Positions 9,332-17,918 of a stretch of 64,000 bases of DNA are shown here, piece after piece. Origin of the DNA: a virus; IMG/VR virus record IMGVR_UViG_3300024999_000093, positions 3,696 to 67,695 of that record; one strand, given 5' to 3'. A program made the translations under genes and the position numbers. The notes beneath the pieces are model-generated. The model saw only the letters and a program-made list of their open reading frames with translations. It did not search any database and was not told the origin of the DNA. Within the stretch, counting starts at the first letter, position 1; each line of letters begins with the position of its first letter.

Positions 9332-9480
9332 TTATCCACAACCCCGCAAGAATCTTACCCCCTCCCCGAAAGAACTTTGCGGGGACCCCGAAAGAATCTT
9401 TCCCCACAAAATATACTCTTACAAGAGTTATATCTTATTATTAATACAATGGTGGTTATCCACAGAAAGGGTGTGTATAA
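9332..9480 (+). repeat. iteron-type replication origin with DnaA boxes
   Basis: TTATCCACA at 9332 and 9456, TGTGTATAA at 9472; iterons CCCCGmAAGAAyyTT at 9342, 9364 and 9386 (22-bp period); AT-rich stretch 9405-9450. Confidence 0.85.
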
Positions 9481-9483
9481 GTC

Positions 9484-10023
9484 ATGTACTTAACGCTCAA
9501 GGATTGCGCTGAATTAGCACACATTAATGTATCATCAGCTCGCTTCTACAAAGATAAAGACGAGTTCAGACATTACTTCAAAACAACAGGAGAAGGCAAG
9601 AAGATTAAGTACGAAGAGAAGTCAACGGTTGAGGTGCTTCAATTCATTAGCAAATCCTACACAGAAGGTTTAGACGCAGACCAAATAGTCAATTTAATGG
9701 ATAATAAGTTTGGTATGATAGTTACCGACTTAACGGCGCAAGAACCGGACAATACCACCGAGACAACGCAACAAGAAGATTTAACGCATAGTATAAGGCT
9801 TATGCTTCAGCAAGAACTTAACAAGCGCGACAAGCTAATCCTTGAACTACAAGAGGAAATCCAAAGCATAAAGGAAATTCTGCTAAAACAAGATGAGGGG
9901 GCGGAGGATAGGTCTAGGAGCTCAGAGTTTAGGGATAGAGACATACTGCAAAGGATCAACGAAATAAGGGCAGAGCAACAACAACGCAATAAGCCATGGT
10001 GGAAACGATTTAGCCGGACATAA
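9484..10023 (+). CDS. MerR-type HTH + coiled-coil protein (RacA/DUF3967-like, putative segregation factor)
   Basis: N-terminal LTLKDCAELAHINVSSARFY HTH, long coiled coil, C-terminal amphipathic KPWWKRF. Confidence 0.65.
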   Translation: MYLTLKDCAELAHINVSSARFYKDKDEFRHYFKTTGEGKKIKYEEKSTVEVLQFISKSYTEGLDADQIVNLMDNKFGMIVTDLTAQEPDNTTETTQQEDLTHSIRLMLQQELNKRDKLILELQEEIQSIKEILLKQDEGAEDRSRSSEFRDRDILQRINEIRAEQQQRNKPWWKRFSRT

Positions 10024-10057
10024 TATGTCTGGTTATTTTTTTGTCTAATATTGGATG

Positions 10058-10087
10058 GAATAAATGGCAAGTATTACGTCATACCTT
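10058..10087 (+). promoter_or_regulatory. candidate sporulation (sigmaE/sigmaG-type) promoter of the FtsK operon
   Basis: GAATA-N17-CATACCTT upstream of GGAGG RBS; no evident sigmaA TATAAT. Confidence 0.45.
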
Positions 10088-10125
10088 TAATCATGTAGCA
10101 CACCAATAACTCAGGAGGGTCACAT

Positions 10126-10323
10126 ATGGAAGGCATAACTATTCTTAGAGCAAGGATAAGGAAGCGAGATAAGGACATCAAGCAAGCTATTGCTTTCCTA
10201 AATCTTGAAGAAGGGGAATTGGCAGACATGATTAGGGACGGATTGAGAAAGATATTAATCGAAAGAGGTGTACTAGTTGGCAATAAAGCAAAACGCAATA
10301 GAGGAAGTCAGGGACCAACTTAA
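10126..10323 (+). CDS. small ribbon-helix-helix-like DNA-binding protein
   Basis: ILRARIRKRDKDI...LADMIRDGLRKIL pattern. Confidence 0.55.
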   Translation: MEGITILRARIRKRDKDIKQAIAFLNLEEGELADMIRDGLRKILIERGVLVGNKAKRNRGSQGPT

Positions 10324-11413
10324 ATCACTTTGGTTGCATCGTAAAGGAAACGATGCTCATGCTGCGGTTCAGGATTGTATAGACGCCTTGTACTCCAAGG
10401 ATGAATTAAAACCTTTAATTATCAAGAAGTCAAAAGATGGTGAAGTTTGGGCGTTTAATATCTTCCTTCCTCCCGGAACCGGATTCACTGATTTTCAGAA
10501 AAAAACTCAACTATTCGCAGACTCAACCGGGGGATCGGTTCATATCGAAAAGCACGGGAAATTAGTCACCATGGAGGTTATGACTGAGGAACTTAAAAAT
10601 AAGTACCCATATTCCCTCTACGACCACACCAAATATTCCAAGATGGAATTACCACTACCATTAGGTGTGTCCGCCAAGGGATTAATAGTCAGGGATCTTG
10701 TTGATTATCCTCATTTACTCACAGCAGGAGAAACGAACTATGGTAAATCGAATCAGCTTCATGTAATCGCAAATTCAATTCTACTTTATAGGCAAGATAC
10801 ACACTTGATTATCATCGACCCAAAATCTACTGAGTTTGACTATCTCGGCGAAATGGCACTAGTTGTTGATGAAATGAGCCAAGTTAAAGGTTTGTTCGAG
10901 TCATTGAATAAGGAGATGGATAAGCGAAAGAAGATTCTCAAGTCAGTATCTTGTGCAAAGATTAAGAAATATCATGAGAAAGGCCACGCGATGCCGTATA
11001 TCGTCCTAATCATAGACGAGTGGGCAGACTTGCCAGAAGATGCACAAGACAGCTTGTGGAGGCTTCTAAGGATGGGAAGATTCGTTGGGGTGCATGTAAT
11101 CGCAGCCACGCAACGACCATCGTCTAAAGTGTTTGAAAAGTTCGGCGACCTAAAGGCTATGTTCCTCGGAAGATTATGCTTTGTTGTTGCAGACACAATT
11201 AACAGCAGGATTATCTTGGATTCGGACGAGGCGGCGTACCTTCCGGCATTGAAAGGTAGAGCTATTTACAAGTGTGGTCTTGAGAAGCTAGAAGTTCAAA
11301 CATTGTTACTGGAACCCGATGAAGCAATAAAACTCTATAACAACAGGACGATAATCACACGAAGTGAGTTGATTAAGATTGAACAACCACGCAAAATGTT
11401 GTCGCCGAGATAG
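10277..11413 (+). CDS. FtsK/SpoIIIE-family ATPase (coupling-protein-like)
   Basis: PHLLTAGETNYGKS (Walker A), IIIDPK, IVLIIDEW (Walker B), AATQRP; no evident TM or gamma domain. Confidence 0.9.
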   Translation: MAIKQNAIEEVRDQLKSLWLHRKGNDAHAAVQDCIDALYSKDELKPLIIKKSKDGEVWAFNIFLPPGTGFTDFQKKTQLFADSTGGSVHIEKHGKLVTMEVMTEELKNKYPYSLYDHTKYSKMELPLPLGVSAKGLIVRDLVDYPHLLTAGETNYGKSNQLHVIANSILLYRQDTHLIIIDPKSTEFDYLGEMALVVDEMSQVKGLFESLNKEMDKRKKILKSVSCAKIKKYHEKGHAMPYIVLIIDEWADLPEDAQDSLWRLLRMGRFVGVHVIAATQRPSSKVFEKFGDLKAMFLGRLCFVVADTINSRIILDSDEAAYLPALKGRAIYKCGLEKLEVQTLLLEPDEAIKLYNNRTIITRSELIKIEQPRKMLSPR

Positions 11414-12065
11414 GGAAATAGTCGACCTCCTAGAATCCCAAACAGCCCTAACCACTGACATGATTCACCTACTCTTATTCAAGGGAAATTGCCTCCGCAT
11501 AGTCCAGCGCCGCCTTTCTATCCTTTCATCTCCACCACACGCTAAAATCAATCGTGACAGGCTAAGATTAGGCGAGCCATATCATTACTATCTTGATCGT
11601 AGACCGGGGCAATTAGAGCATGTTCTGGGCGTGTCATGGGTTTTTACTTGGATAAATACGACTCTCTCTAGTATGGAAAAACTCCATTGCTTTGATCGGG
11701 AAATTAAGGATTACAAAACTATTCGTCCGGATGCCTTTGTTGGCATAAAGAATCTATGGCAAGGTGTTATGTACTTCTACTTTGTTGAGATGGATATTGG
11801 CAGAAGTGGTAATGATTTCGCCAAGAAGGTCAGAAAGTACAATGAGCTTTTTAGCTCAGGGGCCTATATGAATCAATGGTGGGTTCCTTTGTCCAAGAGA
11901 TTCCCGGCCATTATCGTTGTTACTACCGGAAGAATTAAGGCTATTAAAGAAAAGATTGCAAGGGAAAACGTCAACAACCTTGAGTTTAGAGTATATTCCT
12001 TGGACCAAATAAAGGAGGAATGTCTAAATGGCAGAAGCAGCAAGGGAGGTATTCGGACCAGGTAA
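11379..12065 (+). CDS. replication-relaxation (Replic_Relax-like) protein
   Basis: wHTH N-terminus (RDREIVDLL...LTTDMIHLLLF...VQRRLSIL), EHVLGV, PD-(D/E)xK-like IRPDAF...FVEMDIG; follows FtsK. Confidence 0.75.
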   Translation: MNNHAKCCRRDREIVDLLESQTALTTDMIHLLLFKGNCLRIVQRRLSILSSPPHAKINRDRLRLGEPYHYYLDRRPGQLEHVLGVSWVFTWINTTLSSMEKLHCFDREIKDYKTIRPDAFVGIKNLWQGVMYFYFVEMDIGRSGNDFAKKVRKYNELFSSGAYMNQWWVPLSKRFPAIIVVTTGRIKAIKEKIARENVNNLEFRVYSLDQIKEECLNGRSSKGGIRTR

Positions 12066-12264
12066 GCCGGGATTTGTGATTATCATCTTGGTTATGCTTG
12101 GCGTGGGATCCTGGTTGGGAGAATTAATACTAGGAGCAGTGAATAAGGGGCAGGTTGCAGGAATGTTAAGAACGGCAACTACAATAGTTGCGATTCTAGC
12201 CGTAGTAGCTGTAGCGTGGCAATTGCTTAAAAAGTTCTTTGACTTTACGACAGGCGTGATGTGA
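12028..12264 (+). CDS. two-TM membrane protein, SpoIIIAC/AD-like
   Basis: TM-(GELILGAVNKGQVAGML)-TM layout resembling SpoIIIAC. Confidence 0.5.
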   Translation: MAEAAREVFGPGKPGFVIIILVMLGVGSWLGELILGAVNKGQVAGMLRTATTIVAILAVVAVAWQLLKKFFDFTTGVM

Positions 12265-12265
12265 T

Positions 12266-12850
12266 GTGGCTTTATGGATTTTTCACATAGTATTTATTGC
12301 GGTAGCATCTTTTGTGGCATATGTAATCCTTATTGCTGTAGAAAGAAAGCAACTAGCCAATTTAGTAGCAATGGTGGCTATTATGCTAGGATTATTAACT
12401 ACCATGCAGGATCTTACTCCAACCTTAAAGAGATTAAATGAAAGGATAGATTCGATTCAGGGAACAGTTGAAAAAGTATCAAATATTGGTCAAGGAAATA
12501 ACGAGTTGCCAATGAAAGGAAAGATAACTCAATACTTTAACGGAGTGGATCATCACGGGATTGACATAGCTGCGCCAGAGGGGACTATTGTAACATCATA
12601 TTGGAAAGGAGAGGTTATTAAGGTATGTTGGGACGATATTTACGGCAATATGATTATTGTGAATCATGGTAATGGGGTCGAGACTTTATATGGTCATTTG
12701 AATGGGTTATCTGTGAAAGTTGGTTATCCAGTGATTGCGGGCGCAAGATTAGGAAGTTGCGGGAGTACGGGTAGATCATCAGGTCCACACCTACACTGGG
12801 AGGTAAGGAAGGATGGAATTGCCGTAGATCCCATGAAATACTTAAAATAA
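12266..12850 (+). CDS. SpoIIIAC-like TM hairpin fused to M23 peptidase
   Basis: 2 TM + coiled coil, then HHGIDIA...YGHL...STGRSSGPHLHWEVR (intact HxxxD/HxH). Confidence 0.85.
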   Translation: MALWIFHIVFIAVASFVAYVILIAVERKQLANLVAMVAIMLGLLTTMQDLTPTLKRLNERIDSIQGTVEKVSNIGQGNNELPMKGKITQYFNGVDHHGIDIAAPEGTIVTSYWKGEVIKVCWDDIYGNMIIVNHGNGVETLYGHLNGLSVKVGYPVIAGARLGSCGSTGRSSGPHLHWEVRKDGIAVDPMKYLK

Positions 12851-12946
12851 TTCCCCCTTGCTTGTCCTTTGTAATCCTTGATCATTCCCCCTAGACCCCT
12901 TTTTCCTAGAAAAATCATAGGTATTTAGCGCGTTTTAGCTTGTACT

Positions 12947-13007
12947 TCAGTCGTTTAGGGCGACCGACACAGTGACTGATATAAAGAACGACCGATACGG
13001 CGACCGA
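12947..13007. repeat. YGACYGA heptad cluster (candidate oriT or centromere)
   Basis: direct copies at 12961, 12973, 12989, 13001; inverted copy at 12947. Confidence 0.5.
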
Positions 13008-13014
13008 TTAGACA

Positions 13015-13047
13015 GCCCCTATTCTTATCGAATAGGGGTGTTTTATT
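13015..13047 (+). terminator. intrinsic terminator
   Basis: CCCCTATTC-ttatc-GAATAGGGG followed by T-rich tract. Confidence 0.7.
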
Positions 13048-13048
13048 T

Positions 13049-13077
13049 GCATAATTATTTCAATTAGGGACATAATA
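13049..13077 (+). promoter_or_regulatory. candidate forespore sigmaG/sigmaF promoter
   Basis: GCATA-N17-CATAATA, with GGG preceding the -10. Confidence 0.6.
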
Positions 13078-13095
13078 ATTTTTAGCAAAGGAGAG

Positions 13096-13374
13096 ATGGG
13101 GATGAAAGGATTAGCGATAATAACAGCTATATTAATAGCAATGGCAAGCACAAACCCACCTAGAAGCGATTATGTAGCATGGGCAAAGGATAAGGCGATA
13201 GAGCGCAGTGCGCCTGGACTAGAGAGTGGATTAGTTTATTTCCTTGGCAGCCCATTAATAAACTCTGTGACAACATCTAAGGATCTTTATTTTGGAACTA
13301 TTTTTACTACGTACTATGGAGACGATGAGATAACAACGTTGGGCGTGATGAATCAGTTTATTCCCTTGAAATAG
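13096..13374 (+). CDS. small exported/membrane protein (DUF4359-like)
   Basis: signal/TM helix, TNP..DY..W motif, C-terminal TLGVMNQFIP. Confidence 0.55.
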   Translation: MGMKGLAIITAILIAMASTNPPRSDYVAWAKDKAIERSAPGLESGLVYFLGSPLINSVTTSKDLYFGTIFTTYYGDDEITTLGVMNQFIPLK

Positions 13375-13377
13375 AAA

Positions 13378-13405
13378 ATACCATCCGAGTTGGATGGTAT
13401 TTGTT
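13378..13405. terminator. bidirectional terminator between convergent blocks
   Basis: AATACCATCC-gagtt-GGATGGTATT. Confidence 0.7.
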
Positions 13406-13583
13406 TGTGCTATTTATTATTCAAATTCCTCGCACTCAGCAACAGGTAACATGATAAACCCATTCTTATCGCTATTCATCCCTTTATTACACATAAACCA
13501 ATCATAGAATATCCATTGTCGGCAGTTCTTGCAGATGGAACCGATTAACGCTTCATCTATAGGATTCATCCCTCTTCACCCTC

Positions 13584-13901
13584 CTATAATATTGATTTAA
13601 CCGCATCCCAAAGGGCATCCGCTAACTCCTGATATGCTTCCTCGTTCCAACTAATAGCCAAGCTTGGCTCTGTTAGCGAAATTTTTTCCAGACCACCATC
13701 CGTTTCCCATTCAGCTTTCTCACGCAGTAATTGGATTAGTTGGCCTATCGAAAGTAATGGAACACATATACCTTTTACCTCGATGCAATATTTCAAAGCA
13801 TTTCTTTCTGTCCATGTACCCCTAAACCAATAATCGTGCAGTTTATCAAGTTGTTCCATCGGAAGTGCTTCGAGCTGTTCCTTTGTTATTTCTTGCTTCA
13901 T
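13584..13901 (-). CDS. hypothetical phage protein
   Basis: PLLSIGQLIQLL...ELADALWDAVK, a recurrent phage-type motif. Confidence 0.55.
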   Translation of the reverse strand: MKQEITKEQLEALPMEQLDKLHDYWFRGTWTERNALKYCIEVKGICVPLLSIGQLIQLLREKAEWETDGGLEKISLTEPSLAISWNEEAYQELADALWDAVKSIL

Positions 13902-14195
13902 CCCTATTCATTCCTCCCATACTTTTTCAGCAGATTGTTCATGTAATTTTCCTGCCTTTTAACAAATACCTCAGCATCTTTGCCTTTTAATGTCGGGTAT
14001 GGTCTTGGTATTTTCGACGGTTAGTATTTGATTATACGACATCAACCTTTGTGGATTTTATTATTTAACGGCGTACACGGAATAACGCCATGAAACAAAT
14101 GATTAACCGCGTGAAAAACAGAATATCCAGCACATTTTAGATTCAGCACTAAATGGGTAAAATACCTTTTCATGTTTCTCATCATCCTTTCTTAC

Positions 14196-14483
14196 TTAAC
14201 GAGTCCTTCGGCGCATTTCTCCAAGCCAAATTCTTTCTTCCTTAGCTTTTAGCTCCTCTTTTTTAAGTTCTATAATGGCTTCCGAAAGCCTAAAGGCCAG
14301 AAAATGTTTAACTAGAAATTTTCTAATCCGACTAACATTAGGTTTATGTTTATGTTTTTCTTCATCGTCATTTTCCGTTTGGCAGCTCCAACCAGCAAGG
14401 TCTTCCATTATCTCCCCTAAAAATCTTCCATAGTTACCGCCCCACATTCCTGGCCCGGTTATCATATTTATACCTCCTTTCAT
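14196..14483 (-). CDS. hypothetical protein
   Basis: ORF in operon. Confidence 0.4.
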   Translation of the reverse strand: MKGGINMITGPGMWGGNYGRFLGEIMEDLAGWSCQTENDDEEKHKHKPNVSRIRKFLVKHFLAFRLSEAIIELKKEELKAKEERIWLGEMRRRTR

Positions 14484-14698
14484 TTAACGAGTCCTCTGAC
14501 GCATTTATTCATCTCCCTAAACCTATCCACCATCACCCCATCAACCTCAACCTTGCCGAAAAACATATCGTACGGCCTAGCGAATACTTTTCCTTCTGCA
14601 TTCTCATATACCGCAAGTCGCTCATTTGTTTCAGTGTGATATACAGAGGTTGAGAGAAGTTTGTATATGCCGCCTTTGTAGTGCTGGTATTTAGTCAT
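14480..14698 (-). CDS. DUF1653-like protein
   Basis: YQHYKGGIY...HTETNERLAVY...FARPYDMFF...RF; start set at ATG 14698. Confidence 0.75.
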   Translation of the reverse strand: MTKYQHYKGGIYKLLSTSVYHTETNERLAVYENAEGKVFARPYDMFFGKVEVDGVMVDRFREMNKCVRGLVK

Positions 14699-14903
14699 TA
14701 ATCCCCATCCTCCCCTTATTCCTAAATCGCACTGTCCATGTACAACTTTGGGTATAACCCTTATTTGCACTTTCGGTAAAATTATCATCGCGGGGCTTAA
14801 TTTTGCAACCTTCACACTCCTCTACCATCGGAGTCATTTTGTCAGGCTCACAGTTCGGACACCAACCATCTTTTATTGCTTGCCGGTTTTCTTTCATGGT
14901 CAA
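14691..14903 (-). CDS. small Cys-rich hypothetical protein
   Basis: CPNC, CEGC motifs. Confidence 0.45.
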   Translation of the reverse strand: MTMKENRQAIKDGWCPNCEPDKMTPMVEECEGCKIKPRDDNFTESANKGYTQSCTWTVRFRNKGRMGIND

Positions 14904-15300
14904 GTTGTTTACTCCTTCCTTTATTCCATTCTATCGATTACCAATGACCCCCACCACCACCACCACCTCCTCCAACTATTCCATACCCAGCCAAGTTAAC
15001 TGCTTTTCCCCTCTCGCCAACAAACGCCGTCCCTAATTCAGCAGGCATACTCTTTTTTACCCAGAATAAGTCACTATCAAAAGTAACCGGACGAATATTA
15101 TTTCGTTTTGGTGGTGTTTTCGTTAGCATATTATTTTCTCCTCTCCCTCAATCTCTTCAACCCAATAAACTATAACGTCACCCTCTTGCATTTCTCCGCT
15201 ACCTACAGGAGATAAGGTTCCGTCTAAATGCATCCAGCGCACATTGAATGGTTCCAATAACGGCCCTTCATAGTCATTAGTAACTGGTTTCCACGGCAAT

Positions 15301-15606
15301 TTATTTACCCTCCTTATCATTCAACCCCAAATAAGCCTCCATATACCCAACGGTTTCCTTAATCCTCAACTTAGTACCATTCAAAATCTTCTGAGCCATA
15401 TCGAAAGCCATTAACCCTTGATGCGCCATATCAGAGACATTTTTCATCAGCACAGTATGTTCATGGATAGTCCTCGCACAACCAACGATATTATCTAGGC
15501 TGTACTTACTCGGAGTGAGTTTATTGTTCTTTTCTATTTCCTCGTCTCCAATTTTCTTGATCGTTTCAATCCAACTAGAGAGTTGATCCTTTTTAGTTTT
15601 AGGCAT
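15301..15606 (-). CDS. hypothetical protein
   Basis: adjacent ORF in operon. Confidence 0.5.
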   Translation of the reverse strand: MPKTKKDQLSSWIETIKKIGDEEIEKNNKLTPSKYSLDNIVGCARTIHEHTVLMKNVSDMAHQGLMAFDMAQKILNGTKLRIKETVGYMEAYLGLNDKEGK

Positions 15607-15948
15607 CTACTTCTTCCCCCTCTCTCTTAAGGCCAAAAACTCATTATATCTACCCACATAAGCATCAAACTTTTTAGCCATTTCTGGAGGAACAGGCACT
15701 CCTAAGGTTAAATAATCAGAAAGATCCTTGATATTATCAGGGACATCATTTTGATTATGCAACCATTGACTGAATTTAATCGCTGAAACTTGCCGTTCAC
15801 AATTAGCTTTTTCAATTCTTCTCCTATCCTCTTCATCAAATGAAATTATTTTTTCTATAGCCTTGTTGATATTTTCCTCCGAAAATTCGCATGTTTTGGT
15901 GTTATCAAAATTAATGCCAGTGTGGAAGGCGTTCTCAAATAGTCTCAT
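15607..15948 (-). CDS. hypothetical protein
   Basis: 113 aa with GGAGG RBS. Confidence 0.5.
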   Translation of the reverse strand: MRLFENAFHTGINFDNTKTCEFSEENINKAIEKIISFDEEDRRRIEKANCERQVSAIKFSQWLHNQNDVPDNIKDLSDYLTLGVPVPPEMAKKFDAYVGRYNEFLALRERGKK

Positions 15949-16047
15949 TCTTATTTCTTCCTCCTTCTCTTTTAATTCAATCCTGCCTCAAATATCAGAT
16001 TAGCCATAATTCCTTCGGTGGCAAAATGATTGATTAACTTACTTACG

Positions 16048-16521
16048 CTACTTGCCATAGCTAATATCGCCAACTAACTTAATTTCATCACAAGCTTTTA
16101 CATATTCCCTATAGGCATCCTCCTCGTTAATGTGATATCCCAAATGAATATTTTTCCCTTTATGGAATATTCTCGCCCTCCATTTAGAATTGCGCTCGTT
16201 CCAATGTACCCCTGGGTATATTGAAGATTTAACTTTATGTCTACTTTGACAATTACATCGGTGTGTTTCTGAAAGTAAATTCTCCTTGCGATTATCCAAT
16301 GTATCACCATTTATGTGCCTGACATCATATCCAATCAAGGCACAAGCTATAACTCTTGCCATTGTTAATACGTGATTGTCTGGCTTAACTTTGCGTTGGG
16401 CATGATAAGATTGCGTACTATTACTCCATCGAGCATACCAATCAGCGTTGTTAATTTCAGCATAAACATCATCGTCAACAATAGCCCGTTGCCCCTTGGT
16501 CAATTCTATATACCTCAACAC
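16048..16521 (-). CDS. HNH-AP2 homing endonuclease-like protein
   Basis: VRHINGDTLDNRKENL + AP2 SSIYPGVHW...KWRARI...IHLGY. Confidence 0.8.
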   Translation of the reverse strand: MLRYIELTKGQRAIVDDDVYAEINNADWYARWSNSTQSYHAQRKVKPDNHVLTMARVIACALIGYDVRHINGDTLDNRKENLLSETHRCNCQSRHKVKSSIYPGVHWNERNSKWRARIFHKGKNIHLGYHINEEDAYREYVKACDEIKLVGDISYGK

Positions 16522-16613
16522 CTATCCACCTCTTATTCCTTAAACTAATTACGATATACGTTACCTCTTCCTCAATTGTCCCAACGCCCAATTCCTAAAC
16601 CATGCACTAGAGA

Positions 16614-17474
16614 TTAATAAATTTCTCGCCTTTCATCATACCTAGTTTCGTAATAACGGTTAATCTTTATCTCTCCCGATAGGAAATGGATTATATTGTA
16701 ATCACCAGACTTATATTTTGTCTTAAAATGAGCATCAATAATATTTTCCATCGTGTATATGTCATTGTCCACTGATTCGTTCCTTTGATTATCCCAAAGA
16801 TAAAACCATTCATCTATAACTTTCTTCCATTGATGAATTTTCAAATCAGGATGGTCTATCCTTTTCTTTCGCTTGTACGCCTTGAGATAATAAGAAATAT
16901 TTTCTTCTATGTCCTTATTGAATTTAAACTGTTCCGTAAATTTCAAAAAAGAAAGGCGCGGATTGTCATCGCCAGATGCAATTCCCATACAATTAGTATT
17001 GTGTTTAGTATTCTTAGACTTAGTATTATTTGCTCTCCCATATAGCGTTTTTGTTTCAGCTACTTGGGAGTCTTTAATTCCTCCCATATGGCGTAATTGT
17101 GATGTAGCAAGGGTTTCGGCTTGTTTTATTTTTCCCTTAGCTAATAAATCCTTTAAAAGCTGCTCATTGTCTAGGATAGCAAAGTGTCTCTTAGGTGGCA
17201 TACCCCTTCTGTCAATGTCTATTAACCCTAGTGTCTCAAGATTTTTAATAGCAACCCTTTGAGGTTTTTCCCCTAATCCTGTTCCTGATTGTAAATCACT
17301 GATGGTATTGTAGAAGTAACCATCTTCCGTTAGATTTCCTCTATCCGAGAAATAACTAAATCTTGATACTAGCTCGGCATAGATAATCGACTCATGCAGA
17401 CCGATGGAGAATATGAGATTCTTGTTAATAACGATGCTTCCATCTGCCCTAAGTAAGTCGTAAATTGGGTTCAC
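16614..17474 (-). CDS. replication initiator/replisome-organiser-like wHTH protein
   Basis: IVINKNLIFSIGLHESIIYAEL...DGYFYNTISDLQSGTGLGEKPQRVAIKNLETLGLI; internal repeat CTCCCATATRGCG. Confidence 0.7.
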   Translation of the reverse strand: MNPIYDLLRADGSIVINKNLIFSIGLHESIIYAELVSRFSYFSDRGNLTEDGYFYNTISDLQSGTGLGEKPQRVAIKNLETLGLIDIDRRGMPPKRHFAILDNEQLLKDLLAKGKIKQAETLATSQLRHMGGIKDSQVAETKTLYGRANNTKSKNTKHNTNCMGIASGDDNPRLSFLKFTEQFKFNKDIEENISYYLKAYKRKKRIDHPDLKIHQWKKVIDEWFYLWDNQRNESVDNDIYTMENIIDAHFKTKYKSGDYNIIHFLSGEIKINRYYETRYDERREIY

Positions 17475-17599
17475 TTCTTTTTCATCTCCTTCTCAAAAAT
17501 ACTGCGAACCAACTCGGACTTTCTTATACCTATTTTTTTCGCCTGTTCTTCTAGCCATTTGTTCTGCTGTTCCGTAATGTATAGGTCGATTCTTTTCAT
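17471..17599 (-). CDS. CopG-like ribbon-helix-helix protein
   Basis: Manual translation MKRIDLYITEQQNKWLEEQAKKIGIRKSELVRSIFEKEMKKK; GGAGG RBS; GTGA overlap with the rep-like gene. Confidence 0.7.
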   Translation of the reverse strand: MKRIDLYITEQQNKWLEEQAKKIGIRKSELVRSIFEKEMKKK

Positions 17600-17764
17600 C
17601 AATACACCTCCAGATATATGTGTTAATTATACACCGTTTACCAACGCTAGTCCAATCCTTTATTCCGACACAAAACACGTATTTGAGTTCTCACAAACTT
17701 TAATAAGAGCAAGTATTAAGCCTCCTTATTAACAAATATGCCCCAAATATTTAATAAGAGGGCA

Positions 17765-17802
17765 TAAAAAATAACCCCTCTCCAATTAAGGAAAGGGGTT
17801 AT
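17765..17802 (-). terminator. intrinsic terminator
   Basis: ATAACCCC...GGGGTTAT stem with U-tract on the minus strand. Confidence 0.7.
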
Positions 17803-17918
17803 CGTAAATAATAAAGACACCATCGTTTCTAGATTCAAACGAATCATACTCAACAATATATGTTAAGCGTTCGACAACGAGAGTGCCCTTTTTATTCCGT
17901 CCTACAGGAGTACGGATG

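Noticed and set aside
14938-14972. Poly-Gly tail/GGT repeat as a functional element
   Set aside because: Short low-complexity run at the end of a doubtful 63-aa ORF; no supporting context
17493-17678. Track ORF of 61 aa
   Set aside because: The overlapping frame 17471-17599 has the RBS, an RHH signature and coupling to the next gene
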